From Balanoglossus misakiensis (lineage: Eukaryota > Animalia > Hemichordata): DNA of 64,000 bases. Position 1 is the stretch's first letter. Every line of letters begins with the position of its first letter. Below are positions 1 to 12,757 of the stretch, in pieces. Under the pieces are notes generated by a model that was not told the origin of the DNA, ran no database searches, and saw only the letters and a program-made list of their open reading frames with translations. The position numbers were made by a program, and so were the translations under genes. Location of the stretch: contig CM082585.2 of assembly GCA_040954595.2 (NCBI GenBank), positions 11,263,351 through 11,327,350 on the forward strand, read 5' to 3'.

Positions 1-424
1 AGATGTACATATACTCATGTAGAGGAAATCTGAATAGTATCAAGATCGTTTAAAAATCTATATAATATTCTCATCACATGGACTGAGATCGCTTCTAGTC
101 TAACTTGTGCAGTCGAGTTCTTTTCATTCTCGATAATCCCAGCAAACACGGGATATTGCAAAGTCTCACAGTACAAAGCCTGTTTTTTTTATATAATCTT
201 ACATCTCTAAAAATACAAAACTAGGTAATTGATGCAAGCAAATGGCTGCAACATGACAAACAATGATAAAATAAACACTGACGATGAAAATCAGTGCAAC
301 AGTAAAATGTTCAACTTCTTATTTAGCTTTAAAAGTGGAATTCTCAGTGTGCGTGCGGTGAACCCTGTAAATTCACAATTCTCAAAGTCTAGATGTTGCT
401 CTGTATATGTGTTCTTGATTTGAA

Positions 425-1360
425 TCACCATGACAGAGAATCATTGTCCTCGTCTCGTCTCAGACTCAGTCTTTTGACAGTTTCATAACACAGCAACATA
501 ATCACTGAGCCCTGAGTTTGTAGCAGTGTCCGTGCAAACATGCCGCGGGTGAAACCGCCGATTCCCTCCGTGAAGATAATATCTTTGAACGCAGACCGGA
601 TGTTGGGGCTCTGGTGGAGCTGTACTCGCACGCGAACCAAATCCATGGGATGAGAAAATGGAACAGAGCTCATGGCTGCTAGAGGCCCAGCACATGCTTG
701 AAGCGCGAGCAGGGGTACGGTTGGTGGGGCCAACTTCACAAAGATGTCCGTATACAAACTGTAGAATCCCCAGAGACACGCACTGTGAGGTACAAATGTC
801 AGAATTGAAGCCAGAAACCCGCTGTAAAAAGCCGCGGTTCCGCCATTATTTCTGTAAATGATCCTACAAAGAGTTGGCAAAGTCCTGACTTCTTCCATCA
901 ACGGGCTTTCAACTAGTTTTGCAGCCGTCCGATTCACCATCATGTACTGAGACACTACGTCTATTGGTACACCGACTAACTGACAGGTCAGGGCAGCAAG
1001 ACTTCCTGACAACATTGACAGCGAGAAGTCGTTCATGTCTGCACACCGACGGCTGATGATTTTCCGCGTGTATGTGTATGTTGTGATGTATATCAGGGTT
1101 GTTCCAAGGTGTAAACATTGCACTGAAAAGCCTCTGTAGACTGCGGAGAAACCTTCTTGTCTGACGACTTGTAAAAAACAGTCGATCGTTCCCCTGTACT
1201 GTGGTACGCTGTGTTTGTCCATCAGACGTGTTTTGATGAGGTTGTACGGATGCAATGACGCTCGCATGGCGAGCTGAAACATACCATAGTACGGCAGGAA
1301 CTTTCGTTTGTCCATGTCGTCCCACTCGATTTTGTCTTGTTTTCGCCTCAAAGATGCCAT
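425..1360 (-). CDS. SLC25A44: Mitochondrial solute carrier, SLC25A44-like, intronless CDS, 311 aa from ATG at 1360
   Basis: Three carrier repeats with Px[DE/N]xx[KR]x[RK]-type signatures (PYNLIKTRL, PIDVVSQYM, PMDLVRVRV). N-terminal IEWDDMDKRKF, YRGTIDCF, YITTY and VPIDVVSQYMM match my recollection of SLC25A44. The ORF-track start at 1396 is a GTG; the first ATG is at 1360. Confidence 0.88.
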   Translation of the reverse strand: MASLRRKQDKIEWDDMDKRKFLPYYGMFQLAMRASLHPYNLIKTRLMDKHSVPQYRGTIDCFLQVVRQEGFSAVYRGFSVQCLHLGTTLIYITTYTYTRKIISRRCADMNDFSLSMLSGSLAALTCQLVGVPIDVVSQYMMVNRTAAKLVESPLMEEVRTLPTLCRIIYRNNGGTAAFYSGFLASILTFVPHSACLWGFYSLYTDIFVKLAPPTVPLLALQACAGPLAAMSSVPFSHPMDLVRVRVQLHQSPNIRSAFKDIIFTEGIGGFTRGMFARTLLQTQGSVIMLLCYETVKRLSLRRDEDNDSLSW

Positions 1361-1478
1361 CTTTGACGAGCATTGTATCACCTGAATATTCTTCACTAGT
1401 ATTTCAGACGGATCTGTCTCATAATTAACCCGTTTTGTAAAGTTTTATCAAAGCTTGCACAGTTGCGTGATGACCGGC

Positions 1479-1536
1479 GCCGCCATTTTGAAAGTGTGAT
1501 TGCGCATGCTTGAATCCTGAAGGTCAGAGAAGGTCA
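1479..1536 (-). promoter_or_regulatory. Putative SLC25A44 promoter motifs: YY1, NRF-1-like and nuclear-receptor DR4
   Basis: GCCGCCATTTTG at 1479-1490 (CAAAATGGCGGC on the minus strand, YY1 consensus); TGCGCATGCT at 1501-1510 (near NRF-1 consensus); AGGTCA-gaga-AGGTCA at 1521-1536. All lie 120-180 bp upstream of the ATG. Confidence 0.5.
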
Positions 1537-2041
1537 GCGTAGGTTAAAACTGCAAACTTTTATAATGACAATGACGATATAACTATTTTAAAAGCGGGCC
1601 AGAAAATTATAAGAAATAAATTAAGAGGCGGTCCAGTATATGCCAGAGGAACTGTAAACCCGTATTCCAAATTATTGACGGGGTGATGATGTTTTCTTTG
1701 TATAGGCCGTGGACAGTTATGGATGTAGAGTTTGTGTTTCGTAGTTTGACCTGTCAAGGGTTGGACATCGTCGAAACACGAGGAGGGCCGACTGTCCCAT
1801 ACCTCGCCCCTACCCCATCCCCACCCACGGAACTGCACTCCCCGTGTATATTTTCATTCTTCGCGAGAGGGCGCTCATCATGAGGAGGCCCTGACTGGCA
1901 AGGCATTGCAAGCTGTTCCCACCAGCGTCACAAATCCCACTCGTGACGGGTCGTGTTTTTCCCAATGAGGGCGATTACTGTCAGGAACATATTTTACATG
2001 CATATGCCTATCGGATTTGTTATGTTATATAGCTTAAGACC

Positions 2042-3169
2042 ATGTCTCTCGTGAAATTTCCCACCGCGAAAACTGTAGCATTTTCGGTCGGAGTGGTTTT
2101 ATTCATTGCCTATTTTCATGTAAAGCTTGGTCATGAAAGTAACCGTGAAGGGATTGTTGATACACAGACACAGGAATCTATGTATGGACGAGCCACGAAT
2201 GAACCTGAGATGGGAGAATACCACATCTCGTCCAAACGCAGGAATTGGAAATCGTCAACAGACGACATTGAGACTCAGTCGAATGGAGCAAATGTCGAGG
2301 TCACCGAAATCCAGTCTAACACGAAAATGGCGGATGGTGACGCCTGGGAAATTGTGAATATAGTCGAGATTTTAAACGTCAGCAGAAGAATATCCCGGGA
2401 AAACGGATTTGTGACGCTGCAGTTTCTAAATCGCGGTTATTTAAATATTACAAAGAGTTGGATATGCAATGTTCAGTGCCAGAATGTTCTGCCCAGAACC
2501 GTGTTTATCACCACAGATGTCATGGCTTTTGAGGAACTGAAGAGATGGAACACAAATATCCAGGTTCTTCTTGTGCCCTATGATACTGCACCGAATCTGA
2601 CATTCGGACAGGCCGGATACTTTAAGTTTATGCTCTTCAGGGCCTACGTTATACTCACATTACTGCGAGAGGGCGTTTCAGTTTTTCTCTGTGAGTCGGA
2701 CGCCGTGTGGCTTCAGAATCCAATGCCGGCCATGTTGTCATATACCGGCTTCGACGTCTTGATAGCGTCCAACGAGTTCAACAATACAGACGGCGAAATC
2801 GCCGCGGGGTTTGTGTATCTGAATGCCACCGCCCGAACAAACGACGTCTGGTGGGAGCTGACGACAACATTTGAAGCAGGTTTGCACAAATTTGCCGACG
2901 ACGCTCAAGGTATCGGATATGGATACACAGATATTGTCCTACTCGACCAGGCTATCAAGAAAGGCACACTGAAGGTTAAAATTCTACCAGACGACCGATT
3001 CGTGTGTGGAAAGTGGTACAGAGACCAAGGCATTCGCGATGCCACAACGCCACTGGTGATTCAGAATAACTATATCGTCGGGAATGAAAGAAAAATTGAG
3101 CGGGCCAAGACTTGGGGACACTGGTTTATTTCCGATGATGGGCAGTGTGTAGACAATTCATGTTTGTAG
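2042..3169 (+). CDS. Type II membrane nucleotide-diphospho-sugar transferase (Nucleotid_trans/GT77; RGXT/RRA/AgtA-like), intronless, 375 aa
   Basis: Short N-terminal tail and TM (VAFSVGVVLFIAYF), stem region, then FLNRGYLNITKSWICN, FGQAGYFKFMLFR, CESDAVWLQNP (at the DxD position), AAGFVYL, and C-terminal QNNYIVGNERKIERAKTWGHWF, typical of GT77. Confidence 0.8.
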   Translation: MSLVKFPTAKTVAFSVGVVLFIAYFHVKLGHESNREGIVDTQTQESMYGRATNEPEMGEYHISSKRRNWKSSTDDIETQSNGANVEVTEIQSNTKMADGDAWEIVNIVEILNVSRRISRENGFVTLQFLNRGYLNITKSWICNVQCQNVLPRTVFITTDVMAFEELKRWNTNIQVLLVPYDTAPNLTFGQAGYFKFMLFRAYVILTLLREGVSVFLCESDAVWLQNPMPAMLSYTGFDVLIASNEFNNTDGEIAAGFVYLNATARTNDVWWELTTTFEAGLHKFADDAQGIGYGYTDIVLLDQAIKKGTLKVKILPDDRFVCGKWYRDQGIRDATTPLVIQNNYIVGNERKIERAKTWGHWFISDDGQCVDNSCL

Positions 3170-5136
3170 TCGGTGACAAAATACCATTTTGACTAGGCTC
3201 ATATGTGAAAATGTGGGCCATCGATATGATCATTTGCTGTACTACCAAATCGCTTTCCATTTTACGAGAACTTAATCCGAGCAAAAACTATCAGTCACAA
3301 TAAAGATTGTGTAGGGTCATTGATCTCTATAAATATTAACTCAGATGCACACATAAATCGTGGTTCTCATATTTAATGAGCAATAATATCTCATCATATC
3401 ACAAAAATGGTGCCGAAAGCTAACCAGGTAAAAACAAAACGATGTTTTAACATTTATTTGTAGTACAGTATATGAATAAATACTACTTATTTATATATTG
3501 ACAATTTGTCGGAGTGCGCCCTCTTGTGTCATTAGAAAAGGTAATAGTCGGGAGGAAACATTGTCCACCATGTGCTCACGTATCATACGAAAGAACTGCC
3601 TTGTCCCTCGAAGGAAGTGCGAACGGTATAAAGGATCATCTATGTACATGTGTTTTATCACTCTGGCGTCATTGGAACTTGCTCTGACCCGTGCTTGAAC
3701 CTGCTTGATCGGTCGCTTGCTAGCACACTTTGCCCTGCCAGTCTGTCAACAGATTTACGGTAGGTACATGGATGGTAGCGGCCATATTAGATGTACTCCA
3801 TCCGACTTGTAATCCCGTTAATTGCATGTTGATTTCCTGTGGTTGTTTGCGATCACTAACTTTACTCTTTTCCCTCTTCCATTCGACCAGGACCGATCTC
3901 GATGGCGACGTTTGTCATGGTCCCTACACTACAGTACACTGTGACTCTTCAATTCAGTGGATTGACCGTGTTTACTCCAAGCCGTCCAGGTTCGATCGTC
4001 AAGATATTCAAAATGTAAGTGTTATCGTTTGATTGTGAATAGTCAACGTGGGTTCACTGTGATAATGATATCTTTTCAGCATCAAAATGGAGTATTTAAA
4101 AAATTTAGTAGCCTCTGTCTGCGAAAGGGCTCTCGGATAGGATCTCCGGGGGGGGGGGGGGGGGGGCTGGGCGTCAGCAGCAGTAACCTTTGACCTTTGC
4201 ACCCTGACCTCGTGGTGACAACTATTCAGAGCGCGATCACGTTTCAAGAAGGCCTTCCTTAGCATGCTTAGCGTTGCAAGTTAGCCCACAACATTTCACA
4301 TGAACGTCCAAATGGGACAAAAGAATATTATTTTTATCAAACCATTAACCAATCACGCGTGCTAAAATGTCATAACCGATCGACATCTTGTTTACTCGTT
4401 GAGAAATACGACTTATTACAAATTTAACTTTCCACTTCAACTCTAGAAATCCCTTGTGTCACATTCATATGTGTGCAAACGTTCATCACTATAAAACTGT
4501 TGCAGTAATTTAAAGAAACGAAATTAGCATTTTGCAATTTGAAACTGTACATGTAAATACCAAAATACTGTCAGGTTGTCTTCCCGAGGAAACCTCAAAC
4601 ATTTACCCTTGAAAATGGGTCCAATTTCAACATGTTAGCAATGAAGGAGTTACAGAGGAAAAAAAATATTACAAGCTTTCTTGGACAATAAAGGTCCATA
4701 CAGACTATCACTGCACTCGAGCACGGTTAAAAATACATGTTGAATGTTGTTCAATTCATAATATGCCAGCATATACACTGCCAGATCTGATGATTTCAGT
4801 TTATAACACATTAAGAATTGAGTTAAAGGCCACTTTGAATTCTTTTCTTTGTGCGACGATCAGACTATTTATCCTAAGTTGTTTTCATCACATTACAATA
4901 GTAGGCCACTACCTTTCCCAATCTAAATTTTATATTAAATAATTTCATGACAATGGACGCCAGTTTGTTTACATCGGATGAATGTTCACATCGCTATGGT
5001 CATCCCATGTAACAGCGTCATCGTCATAGTTGAAAACCCAGAGGTTTTCTGGTGTTGTCCCGCAACTTTCGTTGGAACTGTTTTGCCTTATCTCAACCCG
5101 GCTGTGACTCAGTTCCCAGTCACGGAGAGCCGACAA

Positions 5137-7689
5137 TCATTCCGCGTCTGTTTCGGCTTTTTTCTCTTTTGAATCGGCTTCGACATCCTTAGCTCCATCC
5201 TGTTGCACGGTTATCGCGCTGACGGCATTCTTCTTCTCTCGTCGCCGTTTCATGCACTTCTTCACAGAGAACTCGAGAAGTAGAGCAGCGCCCGCACCAA
5301 CGAGTATGCAGATGATAACAATGACGGCGATCACTCCACCATGAATGCTAACATATCCATCACTGCCACCGTCAACTTGGCCAACAGTGACTGTATATGA
5401 TGCAACTGTATTATTAACAGTAGGCTCGAAAGTTGTCACCAGGGGACAAACGGTCTCTCCGATACCACCAGTGGCCGGGTCTCCAAGCGCAGCGCAGACG
5501 AGATTGTTTGAAGTTGTGTCGCCGAAAGAAGCATTCACACCTGCACACAGAAGGACAAATTATGTTAACTCCAGTGGCTATGATCCTAGTCTCCAACCCT
5601 ATACTGGCATATCTAGGTCCTGTGTCTTTGAGGCTGATTTCTGTTAAAACAAAAACCAACAACAAAGACACGGGGCTGCCAATTAATGGCTATAGCATTT
5701 ATTGGGTAGTATGCAAACAATATCAGAGAAATTGGACAACATTGCCATCAAGGAGGTGCGACTTACTTCTACCAAGCAGCACCCTTACAGGCAAGTCATC
5801 ATTCAAGACGATCTGGACAATAATTGAATAGAGAAGACACTAACCTAGTGCGAAAACAAGGCATAAATACTGGTAGGACGAGCAGCTAGTGTCTGGAAGA
5901 GTAATTGATGCTTTGATTCCACTGTATGATGTCTCGCTCCAAGGATCAATACCAGCACTGACGTCACTGTAGGTGTAGCTCAGTGTATCCGAGAAATCCT
6001 CCAGGTAGGTGGCGCTTTCACTTTGAGAGCTTGCCAGAAAGACACTGGAGAACGCGATGTTGTCTTCGCTGACTGTGGACCCATCCACCGCAGAACCTCC
6101 TTGGTTTTCAACGTCAACCCGCATAGTCACGTTCACCTCTTGGTTGAATGTGAATGTGTAGGAATCTACCACAGTCAGATTAGATGGTACAGGATCTGAA
6201 AGAGTGCGGAGAAATTTTGGCTCAGAAGGTTCTCATTAAGTCAGTCAGGATTTGAATCAAGTTTTAAAAACCATTCCTTACTTGGCATGCAAGAAATGAC
6301 CCATCCTTACCTGATGAGCAGTTGGTGAAGCCAGCTGCTGTCCCGGCGGAACCATCGATGAACTCAAGGCATTGGTAATCATTTGAACTATCTGCATCTG
6401 TGTACACGGCTCCGGATTCCTTCTCAACTTGAAGACACACGTGACTGTGAGTTGGACACAAGTTGCTTGGGTAATTGAGGTCGAAGTTCTGAGCCAGATA
6501 GAAATGAGTGGCGCCACTGTTCAGAGAGTTGGCGCGATTTCCGGAAGAATCGGTGAAAGTAAATGTTGTCACTTCTTGGGGGTCGCTCATGCTGTCGCCG
6601 TCACTGAGGTACATTTTGACGTCATAGTTGTTCCCCGACGAAGCCGCCGCCAAAGTATCGGGCCCACCATTCGACACATAAAATGTTGCCAAGACGACAT
6701 TTACGTTAGTGTCGGTATTGTAGATCGCTGAAGTTTGTGACGGATCTGGTGAACTGATCGTGAACTGTGTGATACTAAGATCTGGGGATATCACCAAAGA
6801 AACAAGACCATTCCATTAACACCAAATTGTTCGACAGTCGAAACATAGACAGTAGACATGATGGTCATGCAATCAAGCGTTTGCATGCGTCGGTGTGCGA
6901 GAAACAGCTATGTATTTCCAGATTCGTTCGTGTGTCATCTAGCGTCAATCATTAAAAGAAGAGGACAACAGCACAATAGCAAAACAAATGTTTGTCAAAC
7001 GCAATTAGTGGCTCTACAAGTGAACTACCGTTATCTACCAAGCGATGGAGACAACAAATTATCAATTCTTCCGTGATATCTACGTAATTCGGAAGCGCGA
7101 TTCTTTCATACAACACCCAACAGTTTATTTTCTCCAATTTCTGCCAAAGGTGCTGGAAGGTGACGCTCTCAAGGTTTAAATGAGCTCTGTTGCTTTGTCT
7201 GCAGGTAACGACCTAACTACGTAGCAACTGGGTGCCAAACAAAGACAAAGGAAACGGCTCTAATCGTTGAAAGGGAGGGGGCAATAAAACGTATTCGTCA
7301 CAATGCGGTGTTGCGTGTGTTCGATCGGCGAAAATGGCTATGATTTGCGTGTCAATTTTTGATGTCTAAGAGAATCTAGGAGAGAGGGTACAATGACTTA
7401 TAAACTCTTCACAACTGATCTGTGTTGCGTGGTGCTCTTGTTTGCGTCATTTACGAGTCAGTCGCACAGTTTCTCGTGTCCATGATCACTTTTGATTACG
7501 CCATCTTGGAATGGTATGTATGGTCGATCTCTAACTTTAGACGTGTCTGACTGACAGATTCCGTCGCTTGAAGTTGATATCGTTTCAAAAAGAACTTGAT
7601 GTGATAAACTCACCTGCATCTTCGGCAAGAGATCCACTGACGAGGATGGCTAAGATGGTACAAAAAGCGGTACAAATATTGAAAATCAT
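5137..7689 (-). CDS. Surface protein paralogue A: signal peptide + 2 CARDB/DUF11-like Cys repeats + stalk + TM + basic cytoplasmic tail, about 433 aa
   Basis: Exons 7689-7614 (MIFNICTAFCTILAILVSGSLAEDA), 6781-6311, 6195-5845 and 5540-5137. All introns are GT-AG and phase 1; internal exons are 471 and 351 bp (multiples of 3). TM GGVIAVIVIICILVGAGAALLL is followed by KKCMKRRREKK. Confidence 0.85.
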
Positions 7690-10043
7690 CTGTGGAAGAA
7701 ACAAAAAATAAACCAATGAACAGAAATATCGCGTCAGTTCTAACCTGAAGAAATATTACACTATTTACAGTGGCTTAGAGCCTTTCCTAGGATTTCTGAT
7801 TCAGAACCCTTAAAATGTATTCCAAGAGCAAACGTTTTGGCATCAAACCTTTTCTGCTTGTTTCTTGAATTGTCCGAGTCCTGTGTGTGAGATTTCCCAA
7901 GTGACTGTGCTGCGTTTGCGTTCCGACGGTCTCAGATCACTGTGTCCCTGTGCCCATGGCCTCTCGTTACCATAGAGACAAGAACAGCACCTGCGCAAGA
8001 GAGCGAAGACACGTGAAACTAAAGTAGACTTGACATTATATTATCTATCACAATAACCAGTAAATTTATTCAATTTGTGAAATGTTGATATGATCCGAGA
8101 GTTGATTCACAAGTCAGAACTTTTCATAACTTTGAGACTTAGATATCTTCGTGTTACTCTAGAAGAACGTGACAAAGAAAATATTCGAATAAGCTGACTT
8201 ACTTTTAAGAGAAGCTTTTGGTCCCAAATTGTGCAGACAATTTCTCTGAGGCAGATAGTATTCCAAATTCCTCACAACTCTTCCCTGACAAGATGACAGT
8301 GCACACGAGACTTGGCCAGTCTACTCTCCGCTGCAGACTCTCAGGACTGACTGTTGTTAACTCAATAGCATCTGGTGGGCAACGCTTTATTGTTCTTCGA
8401 TCGGATCGGAGCAGTGTAATCACCTCTGGCTATGATTGTTCCTATCAGACTGACAATTAAAAGGCATTCTACCCGGTTTTATCTCTCCCTTCTGCGGCCA
8501 ATGTTTTATTTTATAGCGGTGTCGTTTACTACGCTCTGCTATTGTTTGCTTTTGTTTCATTCCAATGGTTACTTCACTGGCTATCAGGTTGCTATGCCCG
8601 TTTCTGTGTTTGGTGGTCGCCAGGGGAACAAACCACCAGGTAGGCCCGCCATCTTGGATGGGATTCATGGTAGGCATACCTTCTATGGAAGGCGTAACCT
8701 TTAAACTTGTGTGCTTGTTTTCGCCGTACATGGCAACCGTGGCGCACATGTCTGCTTCAAGTTCAAATATTTCGACGTCCATACACACACGTCACTCGAA
8801 CATGTTAAATTTAGACGACCCGTCGAATAATCTCGTCAAATTTGTGGGCCTTATAGTAGCTGTGGTTAATCACAGACCATTTTCTGTGTGTCAATTAATG
8901 AAGTAACTTCAGATATTCTTGAAGTTTACCATCCAAAAGTACATTTGTTGTGACGATTTATATAGTGACAAACGAATAAAAGACGACAGTCTCTGGTACA
9001 GTCGGACTGTGTCCTAGGAAAAAACTGTATTGATTTCGTCATCTTCACTAGCAAAAATTTAATGACTCTGACGAAAAGTCGCGTCACCAAGCGAACAACG
9101 TAGCTTGGTAGCCGGGGTCAGTATGCTTTCATAGTCGCTTCTGCTGTTTTATTGGCAGGTTCTTGCTTTATTGTTACGTAATCAACTTCGATCCAATGAC
9201 ATTTTATATCTCAATGTCCCGGACCCACAATACAGACCCGTGTGAGTGAATCACAGGGCGCCTGTGCTCACACCAGATAATTTTATACCACAATTGACAT
9301 TAGACATAAGTAACCCATACCAGGAAAGTAGAGTAACATAAGTCGATCGTGTGTTTGGGGGCGCTCTGGTATGTCGGTTTGTGGCTGATATTGTTATCTG
9401 TAAATTTTAATACGATTTTATCTTTATCTTTGACCAGTCATGCTTTATCATCTTTGTGTCAAATGGGAATCATGTTTTTTGCGATCAATCAGGAATGATC
9501 ACAGATCCTGCAAACACGTGTCATATAATAACGTCACGCACAATTTTTTACAGAGAAACCACCAAATCCGGCATTTTTATTGTATCCAACAATAACAGTC
9601 TCATTAATCAATACACATACTATGAAAATCTATGAAACACACACATAAAATGTCAGGGGTTGAAAAATTGATAAATGACGTTTTAAAGCTTCAACAAAAG
9701 TATTTTGACAAATTTTGTCCAGGTATGTTCGGCGAGGTTGATCTCGACAATCACAAACTTCACACCAATAATAGTGCTGTCACAAAATGTCGCTTGATTT
9801 CTGCATGAGTATGTTATCAACGTAAACGAAATAAAATTGCCATTTCCGGCGTTGCTTGCATCGATATTTTCAAGGGGCGGGCCCGTAGGACTTTTTGTCG
9901 CTCACGACGTTTAAAAAATATCTTCTATCTTTGTCGGGCCCATGGTTCAGTGCAAGTAAAGCTAAAAATGAAGTTCAAAATTATATGTTCAAAGAACTTT
10001 CAATCATATAGGTTATTGAAAGGACCGTTGCGGTGGCTTTAGT

Positions 10044-12757
10044 CTATTTATGATGTGTAAATGCCTCTTTTGGCCGAATACTTATGACCTTGACAGAATT
10101 CTTCTTCTCTTTCTTGTACTTAATTAACTTTATGGTGCCAACTGCCACCAAAAGGGCGATGATCCCACCTCCTATCAAACAAAGAATGACAACAGCGACA
10201 AAAGTGCCAACAAGAAGGTTTACGCGAGACGCCGCCGCCTTTTCCGTCATCGGGGTCCCGGATGTTGCGTCTGCGGCAGTGATCATCCTCGTGGTCGGTT
10301 CCAAAGTTGTCACTAGGGGACACACGGTCTCGCCGATGCCGCCGCTGGCCGTGTCCCCAAACTCGGCACATACCAGGTTGTTGGAAGATGTGTCGTCGTA
10401 TGTTGCGTTAACTCCTGCAAAGAAACACAGCAATTAAATGTATATAAAGTTTGGCTTTACGCACCAATGCGCTAGAATATGTTTGTCCATAGACCTAGGG
10501 TCTATGGTCTGCCCCAAAATTCTATAGACTCGACATTGTAAGGGGATTTTCAGGTTTTAGAAACCATTTCTGATTGGTTTAAAAAGTGAACAGATGTTCG
10601 CAGATTTTCATCGGAGCATGCGTGCTTCATTCCCTTCGGGAACTTCAGCAAGGTGCACGTGCTTCAAGCTTGACGCTGGGAGTCTGAACTAATCTATGCC
10701 AATGAGGACTTCAAACGTTCCTAAGACACGATTATGTTTTCTTTCCCATTAGTCATTGAACTGTGAATCGTTACCAGAAATCACGATTTCGGAAAAAGCT
10801 ACTGAACTGGTTTCATGGGCGCATGGACAGGAGTGAACACTTTGTTTGGAAATGAAGCTGAACCTTGAACAGGTAAGCCCACTTCTGCAGTTGGTGGAAA
10901 CGTAACTGTAAACCAGACAGTGTGAAAACCAATATTTTTTATATTCATGAAAACCTTTTTATGGAGGACTTCACACCGATAAAATTGATACCCCCGCTCT
11001 TCGGCAATTTCACATAACCCCAAGGTGTAATCTTGTTTGGTTTCTATAATAATGCATGTGGATATTTTGTCAACAGACCTGGCGAAAACAGCAGACAGAG
11101 ATAGGTATATTGTGCACAGTCGGCCTCTGGTACTGTGACAGACGCTTGGATTCCGCTGTACGTGGCCCCATCCCATGGATCAATATTACTGCTGACGTCA
11201 CTGTAGGTGTAGCTAAGCGAAGATGTGAAGTCGACCAGGTAGGTGGCGCTTTCACTTTCTGAGTTGGCGATGAATATCCGGGTGAATGCGATGTTATCCT
11301 CGTTCGCGGACGAGCCAGTGACTTCTGCACCACCCTGATTTTCGATGACAACGGTCATTGTGATGTTGACTTCTTCATTGTACGTGAACGTTGGCGAGTC
11401 CGTCAGCGTTATATTGTAAGGCACAGGATCTAGAGAAAACATTATTCAGAATTTCAAAACGCGTTTAGATAGTTAAAGCATCAGACAATACTGATCCCAT
11501 AAATCATGTACAGGGAGACACCGGTTATTTTCCTTATACTGAACACAAAGTTCGATGATGTCATCACATAAATTCGTGACGTGTTGCGTTCACGTTTACG
11601 TAATACGTGTAGCCAAACCTGTCTAATAATATACAAACAAAACTACTGGCAATACGGCCCAAAGGTACTATACCAGTGTTCAGTTGTCAAGATGTCAAAT
11701 TCTTACCTGATGGACAGCCGGTATAGCCAACAGCTGTACCGGATGAACCTTCGATGAACGGCAGACATTGGTAATCATTTGAACTATCTGTATCTGTGTA
11801 CACGGCCCCCGATTCCTTTTCGACTTGAAGACACGCATGGCTGTGAGTCGGGCACAAGTTGCTTGGGTAATTGAGGATGAAGTTCTGGGCCATGTAGAAA
11901 TGAGTGGCGCCATTGTTCAGAGAGTTGGCGCGATTTCCGGAAGAATCGGTGAAGTTGAAGGTTGTCACTTCTTGGGGGTCGCTCATGCTGTCGCCGTCAC
12001 TGAGGTACAGTTTGACGTCATAGTTGTTCCCCGACAAAGCCGCTGCTAAATTATCAGGTCCATCGTTTGCCACATAAAACGTCGCTAAGATGACATTCAC
12101 GTCTGTGTCAGTGTTGTAGACAACCGAGCTCTGGGACGAGCTTGGCGACAGAAAAGTTAACTGTGTGATTTTGAGATCTGCAACAACAATGAGGCGACAA
12201 TTGGTTTTTGCAACTCAAATAAAGAGTTGCATCTTCCTACAATCGATAGATGAGGTGTAGGAAAAGCCACTGATAGGGGATTTCATTTTGTAGGAATCCG
12301 ACAAAAAAGATATAACGTAAGCATGGGTGCATATCCATGAACAGTGTTGCCTAGGTTTTGCTGTGGATGGATTTAACTGCATACTGATCAGCACCGTAGA
12401 ATATGTACATATTATTTTACCAAACCAGCTTTTCCGATGGTGTCAGATTTGACCAAAACCGCTATGTAAAGTGCACCAACATATTAACAGTAGACAACAA
12501 TAGAGACAATAGAAAACGGACAATAGGAAGCGCTCATTTGGGTACAACGAGAGCAGTAAAATACTTCAGCGGCACTGAGAATGCCCCTATTGTTTAATGA
12601 CAAGAACTGTCTCCGTATACGGAGAATGATTCCGAGTCACTGAATGGTGTATGGGCGTGGTTGTAAAGAGGACGATCTCACCTGCATCTTCGGCAACGGA
12701 TCCGATGAAGCAGAAGACGATGATGACGTAAATGGCAGCGTAGAGTTTCTTGGTCAT
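10044..12757 (-). CDS. Surface protein paralogue B (TM type), about 422 aa
   Basis: Exons 12757-12682 (MTKKLYAAIYVIIVFCFIGSVAEDA), 12177-11707, 11429-11079 and 10414-10044. The first three exon sizes equal those of paralogue A (76/471/351). TM LLVGTFVAVVILCLIGGGIIALLVAVG is followed by KLIKYKKEKK. Confidence 0.85.

Noticed and set aside
4147-4210. G20 run followed by TGACCT-like half-site repeats
   Set aside because: Possible G-quadruplex or DR1 cluster, but there is no linked TSS or other support; homopolymer C/G runs recur elsewhere (about 19873, 25343, 27616).
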